A stretch of DNA of 64,000 bases, taken from contig OZ037838.1 in assembly GCA_964035575.1 (NCBI GenBank), forward strand, positions 186,001 to 250,000. Reading direction: 5' to 3'. Position numbers and translations under genes: made by a program. This DNA comes from Rhynchopus sp. YZ270_cl-10 (Eukaryota). Below, piece by piece: positions 55,101 through 64,000 of the stretch (position 1 is its first letter; each line of letters starts with the position of its first letter). The notes beneath the pieces were generated by a model. That model ran no database searches. It saw only the letters and a program-made list of their open reading frames with translations, and had not been told where the DNA came from.

Positions 55101-56560
55101 GTGCGCGCCTCCATCGCGTTGGGTGGCAATGCTTCAAAGGGGTTGTGCGGGCCTGGCGCAGACCTGGCCTGTTCTCTGTGCAAAGAATCCTTTACAATAC
55201 ACCCTGCACGCATCCGCGCAAACACCAGCACACCACACCCAAACACACACAACACAAACAGCCCTCCTGCCACATCGTACACCGTAGCATCTGCGTCAAC
55301 ACTACCGGGGTGCACCACTGGCAGCACACCCCGAGACAGTACACTGTCTATATCACTGCTTTTAGAGAGCGCAACCCCAAAGGTGCATCCCTGAACCATA
55401 ATGTGCGCAGCATTCTGTCCTACCTGCAGTGCGATGTCAAGGGAAAAGCAGGGACTCTGTACGGTCAAAGCGGTGTGCCCCACCGTAGGAAGATCGGTGG
55501 ATGTGTTCACAGAGAACGTTGTGGCGGTGTACTGCGGTGGCATGGCGTTCCATTGTGCGGTGAATGTGGCTTCTATTTGGGGTGTGTTGTGGGGCAGCAC
55601 CACGGCAAATGCCTCAGCCTGCACGCTTCCTCTGAGAGGTAGGATCAACGCATCGTGCAGACCAGAAACAAACAACCCAGGCACCCTGCGCGCAAACCCA
55701 TCCACATACGGGTCCTCCGCACCGAACACCAACACACGCAGTGCGCACAACATAGTATAATTTGACGCCCGCGCCACCACCTCTCCTACTGCACTTCCGC
55801 CTAATGCCACCTCCATGCTCTCTGCCGGTTCTCCATTGGTTGTGTTAGTGGTGCAGTACCGTGGTGGACGGATGACAACAGCTCCGCCACGTGGCATGGA
55901 CTTAGCGATCATTGCGAACACAGCAGAAGTGGCGTAGAAGGTGTCTGCACTACCATATGCCTGGGTATAGTGTTCAAGATCGGACAACTCACGTAGTGTG
56001 TCAGAACGTTCTGCAGAATATGAGGATTTAGGCAGTACAACGATGACAAAAGAAAACCCAGCACTCCGTGCCGCCACCGTCGCATGCTCGACACAATGCG
56101 TGCCAACGAATGTGAGCAGAAGGATAGGTGCAGGCCCGCTCTGCGGCAGCACGACACTGCAGTGCGCGTCCACATGCCCTGAGAGGATGCTTGCAAAATG
56201 CGTAGTGGACGGCAACGGAGCAGATCGGATGCTGACGAGGCAGTGGGGCGCGCGGTGCTGCTGCACGCTGCTTGCATCATCCAAAAGCAGCGACACGACA
56301 CATTCCTTATGGCAACCGTCCAGTGTACGAAGCAGATCTGGCGAGGGGGTGTGGTGTTTCTCGTAGGTGCTGCTTTGTGCCCAGATGCCACCCTCGATAG
56401 GCAGAAGCTGTCGTACACACGCAGTGAAGAGGCCAGAGCAGGAGGGTGGTGTGGTGGTGGTGGTGTTGGTACATTCGCCCAACTGCAGCAATGTGCCCAG
56501 CAGTAGAAACGGAAGCAGAAGCAGCCTCCCACCTAGCACGCCCTGCCCGGCAGCGTGCAT
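52196..56560 (-). CDS. Multi-pass membrane protein with a degenerate class III nucleotidyl cyclase domain, 1454 aa
   Basis: Signal-like N-terminus and three hydrophobic spans. C-terminal FSLVLTNVKGT...GGVSERFNGDKFLCGFN...ACETAL resembles a cyclase domain. Confidence 0.7.
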   Translation of the reverse strand: MHAAGQGVLGGRLLLLPFLLLGTLLQLGECTNTTTTTPPSCSGLFTACVRQLLPIEGGIWAQSSTYEKHHTPSPDLLRTLDGCHKECVVSLLLDDASSVQQHRAPHCLVSIRSAPLPSTTHFASILSGHVDAHCSVVLPQSGPAPILLLTFVGTHCVEHATVAARSAGFSFVIVVLPKSSYSAERSDTLRELSDLEHYTQAYGSADTFYATSAVFAMIAKSMPRGGAVVIRPPRYCTTNTTNGEPAESMEVALGGSAVGEVVARASNYTMLCALRVLVFGAEDPYVDGFARRVPGLFVSGLHDALILPLRGSVQAEAFAVVLPHNTPQIEATFTAQWNAMPPQYTATTFSVNTSTDLPTVGHTALTVQSPCFSLDIALQVGQNAAHIMVQGCTFGVALSKSSDIDSVLSRGVLPVVHPGSVDADATVYDVAGGLFVLCVFGCGVLVFARMRAGCIVKDSLHREQARSAPGPHNPFEALPPNAMEARTPQKRSMSSFFLAEGPLSAAPGASVALHHRDSLVDPNVEKQTRTLSVRVILVIFTATITAVVATMLCLLLLDTADDAIRTTANHCTAIQHKANIQDKARTVSTALERLLADGVDVLTQRHSSALRGICTGWSYGWENSAPFPGSCMLPDSPGTTSLFGTQHLHYSVHAPLLFTAKGALLSLAAPIRGRLGAVVVHITRRAVVSAIHSSLQRMAGLEAVILVSSTSGNNVTHLAACSTAGPVSSQQTWMLKQATQRFVADNVAEGQVRAEEVPEEEEDMVRDVVHTVTGTVLYLRPGVGGAPGEADLTIFCTLRVAGVLDTILEVRDEVGVSVVTLHANGALVIGSEQSCVTAAMPGGFPVGYASIAVVVHAPRGGHGWCAVYVNGTEVVSNVFAGRGRGGGGGGSGAELLVAAQDVAVVVQSRSMPAAEIALRHHTGSLLSPGISTEHAYLYQVVRVPLPVPSVSSALSVVSSWLVAIAVPVGVVSDVSEQARREGVSRYREGVVGAALVCCMVGACLLLLYFVFVTEVVAATMERAALVVWNAAHCHIMDPAPAEPRCLGAFLPEGVQRETRSLLFGGLPAALTAPFPAVRTKEGDHIFAAVHTLVENLRDTKGHLPQYVLHDMEQRRVRRTGASDTWGPSFEDSSDATLETCGSSTTSIRSQAYTPSHSTSTGQSPVFPSPDRRPTVNSLGVFPATSLLVPGLHRRRFSLVLTNVKGTHTILETEGEKRLTVLYGEVVSALSALHASMGGVSERFNGDKFLCGFNTVRPLRANRKAACETALLIPEVLQTLGVTTHTAVANGEGRLGTCGKTVLQFCCFSAVLPWCHLLERHATLLNLPNLADHFILDELKSQYTRKLVDDVKYAKRYTNGFIRISQVMWRKRHNGNKAAEWVLQQDTSGTTVTPAQEKDHLSKWNQFAQGVMNQKWSDAEAARAVLDTEARTPTLQRFCKAFKVRNFVPLDWCSR

Positions 56561-59027
56561 AGCAGCAATGGCGCACGCATGAAAATTTAGAGGAAAAAAT
56601 CAAAAGAAAAAATGGCAAGAAAAGGGGGCGGGTGCAGAGGCCTGTGGGTTTTTTTTGTTGAAAAGGTGTGAATGGTGGCCTTTGCAGTTCAATAGTTTGG
56701 AAAGGGTATGTGATGCGTGCAGACACGACCTGCCACCCCCTCGCAGTAGGTCTCCGTACCACAGCTTTAGAACTCCAAACTCAACGCGCAGGAAAGTAAA
56801 TGTGGTTTAGGGGGGGGGGGGTATGGATTTCTCTTTCTTGGATTGCTAGAATAATTGAGGAGGGTGGTGGGTGGGGGTATTTCCAACACAACAAAAAAGT
56901 CAGTGATGCAGGCGCACACCTCTGACTGACCCACGTACGCTGCCGTCCATACAAAAGCACAACGTACATAAGGAATACACCCAGACTACACACACACTCC
57001 TCAGCGGAAGTCTTTTCTGTAACACCCAGTAAAAAATACAGGGCAAAAAAAAACAAAACAAAACAAAAAAAAAATACCTTTGTCAATGACAGCCCCAAAT
57101 TGTCACGACACTTACGTCTCCTCTCTCCCAAAATTAAATACATAGTGACCGCACAACTCTTGGGGTGTGGTTTCGATGTCTCTAATCGTGGGTGGGGTTA
57201 TTTCGTTTTTAATTTTTTCACAATTCGCAACAAAAGCACCAAAAAAAAAGCAGTGCGCAGTGTAGGATGTGGATTGTACTTTACCTGTACAATAAAAGAG
57301 AACAAAAAAAATCGAAAACACACAAAAAACAAATTTGAAAGATGGAATGAAGTCCCTTGGCAACACACATCCAACAAAAAAAATCAAAATAAAAACAAAT
57401 TCATATACTTCACTCTTAGCCATCAGGGTATACCATATGCCGTCCTCCAAAGTGAAGTTGATAGTGCAAACGCCTCTTGGAACGCAGGCACTGAGGCAGA
57501 AAGAAAACAACACTTTGTAGATGATCCTAAGCCTCACTCAGTTAACCTTGGGGGAAAAAAAAAGCTTTTCTGGTGCTTTCGGAAGTCGGTCAGCGACCTA
57601 TCAGCGACCTGTCAATATCGACTCCCAGAGCACCATTTCTATTTGTTAATTTGGGGGTTCGTCCCCCTTTGGTCGTCAGCCCAGAGCCACGAGGCTCTGC
57701 CACACCTTGGGGGGAGGTGTACGGGCTGTGCCCCCAGGGAGGAAAAGGGAAAACTGTACCCCCTGCCCAGTCGCAGTGTGGAGTGGAACCCCGCTAAGTA
57801 GCTTCAACAACATAGGGTTGCAAAGGGGGCAGTGGGTCTACGCCTGGTTGCAGTGAAAAACTTTTCAGTACTTTTTTCCATTCAAGTCTTTGCACATCCA
57901 TGGGTTACGAACGCGCGTTCGAAAAAGCACGCCCAAACCCAAAAATTGGAAAAACACACGTTCGAAGAAAAAGAATGCCCTTGGTAAGATTGACCTACTC
58001 TAGTCACGAAGAAAATAAAAGAAAATAAAAATATTTTCATCATATGCAATCAATAAATTGATAGTATATGGTGAGGGAAAATAAAAATACAAAAAAAAAA
58101 TTGAAAAAATAATCTCACCCCCCGGCCCCAGATTCCATTGTACACGACGTTGCTGTATGATACGTGTCCCTGTATAATACGCGTACCCCTTCGAAAAAAA
58201 AAGAAACGTTTATAAGATGAACCCAACCCTCTCGTGCTTAGTCACCTTAAAAGGGGGAAGAGGGGGAAAACGTGAAAGATAAAATGTGTTTCTATCTTGT
58301 GCAAAATCCCGCAAACAACTTTTCAAGGCTAGGATGCCTTTTTGTTTGCAATAGGCTGAAAAGAAGTTGTAAATAAAAATAAAGATAAATGCAGGATTTT
58401 GCCTTTTTTTGTTACTTTTGTGTTTTAAATCCATGACCAATAAATGGGGGGACACAAAAGAAAGAATATGACTGCTAAGCTGATTATATGCCACCTGCGC
58501 AAGAAGAGGGAAAAAAAAAAAAGTGAAGTTGATAGTGCAAACGCCTCTGGGACACAGGCACTGAAAAAAAAACTCTTAAAAAGAAATACGTGCGTTGCTG
58601 TGCACAAAGCTTAAAGGGGGGTGGGAGGGCAATCATACTGCAACTTGTTAGAATTGTTGTTTTTTTAGTCTTTTTTTTTTGTCACTTTTGCGTTCAAAAA
58701 AATAAACTTTCTCGCTTTGTGCTGCATCCACAATCACTTACACCTACATGGTATAAAGATCTGTACTCAATGTCGGCCGAAGCCTTATTGTCGATTTGTA
58801 GTATTTTGTTATTCTGTCGACATCAACTTTACACCCAAGCTCAGCCACGACTTTTTTTTTCTTGAAAACTTGGTTGTATTAGTGTCACCCGAGGATGAAC
58901 TCCACTATTTTTCTTGTTTGGTTTGCTTTATTTTTAGGGGGGAAGGGTCGCTGCTTTTTGCGGGGCTAAAAAATTTTTTGGGGTCAAATTAGGTCACATG
59001 ACTCGCGGGGACCAGATTGTTGCACGT

Positions 59028-59657
59028 TTACCGTGGGCTGATGGGTGGGGAGTCTTTGAACAGTCGCTTCTTGTGCATGCATGGAAGCTTCGGTATGACG
59101 CAGATGAGTGTTGCACCGAGCACCCAAGGGAACAGCGTCCACTCGTTTCTGACCCAGTTCATTGTGATGACGAGGCTGTGTGGTGTTGTGGTGTGTGTTT
59201 GATAACTAATAGGGGTAATTCTTGGCCCCAATATGTGTGTGTGGGTGGATGGGAGGAGGTGTCGGGTGGTTTACTAGATTATCCTGACAACATACATGAT
59301 GATAGGAACGCTCGCGAAGGCCTTCCTGATGAAGGTGCCGTGGAATTCGTCATCGATCTGCTCCCAGAACGTCAGCTCGTCGTACTTCCCACGGATGCTG
59401 ATGTCGCCTATCGGGGCACCCTTCAGGCCGTGAAGCAGAATGTACGACATGACAGCATGCACGATGCACGTCACTGTCCACCCTTCAGCTGGGCTGTTGA
59501 TCAGCACCCTGAACACAAGACGTGTCAGTGTGATCACACTGATGTACAACGCCCAGAAGCCGTACGAGTGCAGCCACTTCGTCATCGGGTTGACGCTGAC
59601 CACTGTCGAGAGGTCGTCCGTGCTACTTCGCATCTCGGGGCCTCCTTTGCGCTGCAT
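59028..59657 (-). CDS. ORMDL: ORMDL/Orm1 sphingolipid-synthesis regulator, 169 aa; intron 59176-59295
   Basis: NP..W, WT...H, LHGLKGAP, LTFWEQID, RK...VPII and IPKLPCMH motifs. GTATGT donor and CAG acceptor join the two exons in frame. Confidence 0.93.
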
Positions 59658-60700
59658 GGTTGTCTTGGTGTGTATGTGTTCTGTTGTGATGTTCGTGGAG
59701 AGAAAGTTTGGTTTAACCACAACTATGCTGTGCAGTTGCCACTTAACGGCGTCACGGGAGAAGTGTGCAGTAGTTGCTTGGAGCGACGAGCTCCTCACAT
59801 ACAACGTGGTTGGTGTGCTTCGACGCAGTGTTGCATCGACACACCGAAGGCAGCACAACATGGACTGTGGAACACCTCGCCTTCCTGAGTAAGGTGGACC
59901 CGCACCCTGGCACGTCTATGAAGTCTTCTTTGTCTTCTTTTTCTTCTACAGAAACCGAACTTTTGGTCAGCAAAAAGAAAAAGGTTGATCAGTAGTTTTC
60001 CAAGTCTGACGCACTACGACAAGATGAGCCCTGAGCCTCCTGATGTGCCGTTCTTCGGAGACACAAAGAAAGTTGGCAAGATAATAGACCGCTTGCTTAG
60101 TCGCTGTTAGAATAAGAAAAAGAAACAGCGAAGGAAATTGCTACGTTGACGATGCCCAGCCCCTCCCTCTCGCTCCCGTCGTTTATTTTTTTTTTACCTT
60201 TTTTTTTTGATTTCTAAAAAACGGTACGCGCACTACGCCAGAAGCAGCAACCCAGGGCACCACTTATCGCCGTTTTCATTTATTTTTTTGTTGATTTCCA
60301 TAAACGACCTCGCTATTATGTCCTCTTCGTCTTCGTTCTACACACGGTTCGTTCAAAGATGCCGTACCTTACACAATAAAACACGGGAACAAGGCACGAC
60401 AATTTGGTTATCACGTTGAGTATTTATTTCGATACGATTCCCCACCCCACCCCCCCTTTCCCCCCCCAATAAAAAAGCTTTGATGCAAAGCAAGAGAAGG
60501 TGTCTGTTCACCGCACACTATACGCAGAACAACTGGATAGTGGTTTTTTTTTTCCGGTACATATTCCGAATACACAGACAGACACGGCGCAGTGCCCCCG
60601 CACCACATTCACACCACAAAAAGGGCCATATTCTGCGCAAGAATTACCCTCATTACACCACACCATTTTAGCCATTAGATCATGACATGATGATCAGAGA

Positions 60701-63700
60701 TCATGACAGCACACCAGAAGGCACCGGTGCCCTGCGCCGTCTTCCGAACAAAAAACGCAATATCGCACGCGCCACACGCAAGCCTGCGAAGAACAGCGCC
60801 ACACACACGACAGCGGCCACTCGCAGATCCAGCAGGTACAGATACTGTGTTTGGTTTTTTGGTAAAGTGTTGTTATTGGACACTCCATGACTGTTCTCGC
60901 CCAACAACCCTATTTCACAAAGCATTACATACCGGGACCTGCAAACTCGCTATATCCACCCAACTACCGAATCTGTACGCAGCTCTCTTGACAAACGTTG
61001 CAGGCGTTGAGCGGTCGTCGTCCTTCGATATGCCCATGGAGGCGAGGAAGACATCGTCCAGGTCGAGAGAGGGCTCCTTCCAGCCGTAGAAGCTGCGTTT
61101 ATGCAACGGATAGGAGAAGGTGTGGAGGTGCTCGTTGATGACGCCGTCGGGGAGTTCGAAGTCCGTCGGGATCGGGAAGTACTCCTGCATGAAGTCGAGC
61201 AGCACCTTCTTCACTTCGGGTGCTGTCGGGGAGCTGTGGTTGATGTTGTCGTTGATGCACATAAACTTCGACTTTTGGTAGAGCATGTGGTCCATCTGGT
61301 GGCGTGTCTGCGTCGCGTTGTCGCGCACCATGAAGAAGCTGATCTCCGACTCATCCATCACAACGTGCTGGTAACGCTTCTCCACCGGCGCCGACGTCAG
61401 CAACAAATCCGCCAGATGCGAGCCATTAAACAGATACGCATTCAATCTCCCTGTCACCGACGGCCTCTGCGTCCTCTCCATCCCCACGCCCTGCGCTGCC
61501 AGGTGCACTAGGTTCACCACCGCACGCACGTAGTCATCCCCCATGGTCTTCTCCTCTTCAGGCGGAGGTGCCTTGTAGCTGTACGGCGCGTCTGTCTCAG
61601 GGATGAGCGGCGCTGCTGTCTCCGGTATGGGGATCACCTCCTTGCAGACGAGCTTGGTCACGAAGTAGACCGATCCGTTTGTGTCTGCGTAAGGGAGTGT
61701 GATGTTTTCGCAGTGTGTGATGTTCTGGTCTACGTGCTCGAGGGAGGGTGTCAGCGTGGGTGTGGCAGAGAGGTGCACCATGTCGTCGTCGTCATCATCG
61801 CCTAGCTCCGTCTCGTCAAACCCGAAGCCCAGTGTATTATCGTAGAGGTCCTCGTCGTTGTCTTGCGTGAGGTTCGCGCGCCAGAGCTCGACAATCTTTT
61901 TGGAGACGCGGTGGGATTTGTCAGAGGTTGAGGAGGAAGTGTCTTTGGAGGCTGTGTTCGGTGCTGCGGTGGGGACCAGGTAGGCTGCGATGTCGCGCAG
62001 TGCGTAGACCCCTGGGGGCAGGATTATGGAGCGCACCTTCTCGATCTCGACCTTGCGCTCCCACAGGAGCAGTGCAGTGCGGCGGTATTCGGCAGGGTCG
62101 AGGATGCCGTTGTCGTTGAAGTCGAGCTCCTTCGCGAAGAAGCGCCAAGGGCTCAGCTCGGCTTCGGCGTGCGTGATCCAGTACATGTGCGAGAAGGAGT
62201 ACTGCATGTCCACAGGGGAGCGGAAGCGGTGGCTCGACGTCGCCTCAAAGCGATCGGACCACTCGCTGTGCATCTCGCGGACGACCTGTTGGAGTGTGGG
62301 GGGTGGGGTGTTGGGAGGGGGGTTAGAATAAAGTGTCCCTAATCGGACTTCTTCAGATTTGCAAATTTAGAGAAGAGGTTGGTACATGAATGCATCTCTT
62401 GCCTTAAGATGCATCGGTGACAGCATTAGAAGGATATGAAAGAATAATGTGTAGAGCAGAGCAAGGACACACCTGTGAGTCGATGAAGTGCGGCATGTGG
62501 GAAGGCACACGCCTGGCGCTGGTGCCGAACTTCTTTGTGTACAGCCGGTTGACCTGCTTCAGCGAGTCGCCAAAGGTGTCGAGCAGCTTCCGCCGTGTGT
62601 CGTCGACCAGCTCTGCCCTGTCGTCCCCTTGCAGTGAACCGCCGAAGGGCTCAAGCCACTTGCGGCCCTCGGTTCTCCAGAGCGCGTCTGTGGCGTTCTC
62701 TTCTTGGCGCCGCATGAGGAGCTTGCGTGAGGACGTCTGCTGTGCCTGGGGCTCCTCCTCCTCCTCCTCTGCATGCTTCTGCCCTTGCCCTATGATGCGT
62801 ACCTGCGACAGAAGCAGGCCAGCATCAGCATCAGCATCTATGTCGACACTCAGCAGACGTCGGCCATGTACTGCAGAGGCCAGCGTGTCACTGCCCGTGG
62901 TGTCCACCGGTGCAGCGTCCTCATCGATGGGTGCGTCGTTCTGCATGGGTGCCTCGTCGTTCTTGTTGACGTCGGCCTCATGTACAGCAACGTCGCTGCC
63001 GTCGTCTGCTGGCGCAGCGTCAGTGTCCATGGGCGCCTCATCCAGGACCTGTGTAGGTCTGTCTGCACTGAACGTAACGTTAAAGAGAACGCGAAGGGTT
63101 GCTGGCGTGTCGCCCGACGTCGACGCACTCTGCTCTGTCTCAGTGGGCACCTCCCCGACCAGCTCAAACTCCGATTGGAAGTACGGACGAACCGGCTCGT
63201 CCGCTTTGAGCATGACAAGCAGAAGCTTGTACAGCTGCGACACTGCCACAATGCGAAGCGACTCCGACACGCTGTTGAGGAACGTCCCCGAGGTGACGGT
63301 GCCTGTGCCCAGCGGGTAGCACTGACTGATGTTGACGACAAGGAGGAAGGCCTCGCGCGGCACCACGATGTTGTCGAGGTGCAGTGTTCTGTGCTGCGGT
63401 GTGGTGGCTGTCGCCCACTCGTCGCACTCAAGCGTCGAGAAGACGTAGTCCCTAGGCAAGGTGTCGTCGCTGCCGCTGCCGCTGCTGTCTGTGCGTGGTG
63501 TGTTCTGCTCTGCCAGCACGTCCTCGATGCCGCAGTCCAGCGCATCGTACCCACACTCCCGGTTGTTGCAGTTCCTGTCGCAGAACCTGTCCCCCAGCCA
63601 TGAGTCCGGGCACCCACTGTGGCAGTGCTGTGCGACCCACCTGTTCTGGTTGTGCGCCGCTGCCGGTGCTGGGACAGAAGAACCTCCAGCAGCACCGTCC

Positions 63701-64000
63701 TTGCTCTTGCAGTCATCCGCATCCCAGTCGCACGCAGCATTGTTGCACGTCTTGTCGCAGTACCCATCCCCGACCCAATTCGAGGGACACCCCTCAGCAC
63801 AGTTCGGCACAGGCCACGAAAGGTAAATACGGTGCCCCGACACCTGCAATGAAATTAAAGATTCCCCAACCTTCCAAAAACTCGAACCCCTAATCCACCC
63901 CACCTTTAGAAAAGCAAAACCCACTTCACCCCACACCTTTTCCCTACTTCAACCCATCACCCTCCCCACACCCCACATACCTGCGAGACAAAGTCCTCTG
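60701..64000 (-). CDS. GNPTAB: GlcNAc-1-phosphotransferase alpha/beta precursor (Stealth family), 5' part outside window; introns 60845-60932, 62286-62472, 63844-63980
   Basis: IYLSWPVPNCAEGCP, two LNR repeats, DTFGDSL..VPSHMPH, TSSHRFRS..DMQYSF, EF-hand DFNDNGILD, KFMCINDN..FPIPTDFEL, and a C-terminal TM span. All introns are GT-AG and preserve the frame. Confidence 0.93.

Larger units (their letters stand above)
1001..58248. repeat. Dispersed ~35-40-bp intergenic motif TAAGATGAACCTAAGCCTCTCGTGCTTAGTCACCTTGA (at least 9 copies)
   Basis: Copies at ~1001, 3640, 11583, 20925, 24630, 57519 and 58213 (+), and ~44178 and 47755 (-). Confidence 0.75.

Noticed and set aside
58998..59888. 296-aa plus-strand ORF
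   Set aside because: It is antisense to the spliced ORMDL gene.

Overview
Eukaryotic protist DNA, probably a diplonemid-type euglenozoan (inference: all host genes are co-oriented on the minus strand and several carry short GT-AG introns). The flanks hold ordinary genes: a GH18 chitinase, a sialate O-acetylesterase-family protein, AP-4 epsilon, an HxGH nucleotidyltransferase, a degenerate receptor-type cyclase, ORMDL and GNPTAB. The middle 40 kb (10.2-49.7 kb) is a tandem array of 14 genes (U1-U14; 12 intact, 2 broken, plus relics). Each encodes an almost invariant ubiquitin-like N-terminal domain fused to a WD40-like beta-propeller. Short invariant islands alternate with hypervariable blocks that are shared between copies in a patchwork pattern. 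A ~14-kb nest of DNA transposons interrupts the array (28.6-42.8 kb). Its core is a 7.8-kb TIR element encoding an intact transposase with the RAG1/Transib core motif series (D105/D191/E400, CxxC, LH, HxxxH) plus C2H2 fingers, and a second protein with putative winged-helix and Hsp20-like domains. This element has non-CAC ends, palindromic subterminal repeats and an internal inverted duplication. The nest also holds an intact hAT element (14-bp TIR, 8-bp TSD) inside a CAC-ended element, and several non-autonomous elements. Family assignments come from motifs recognised by eye; no database search was run.
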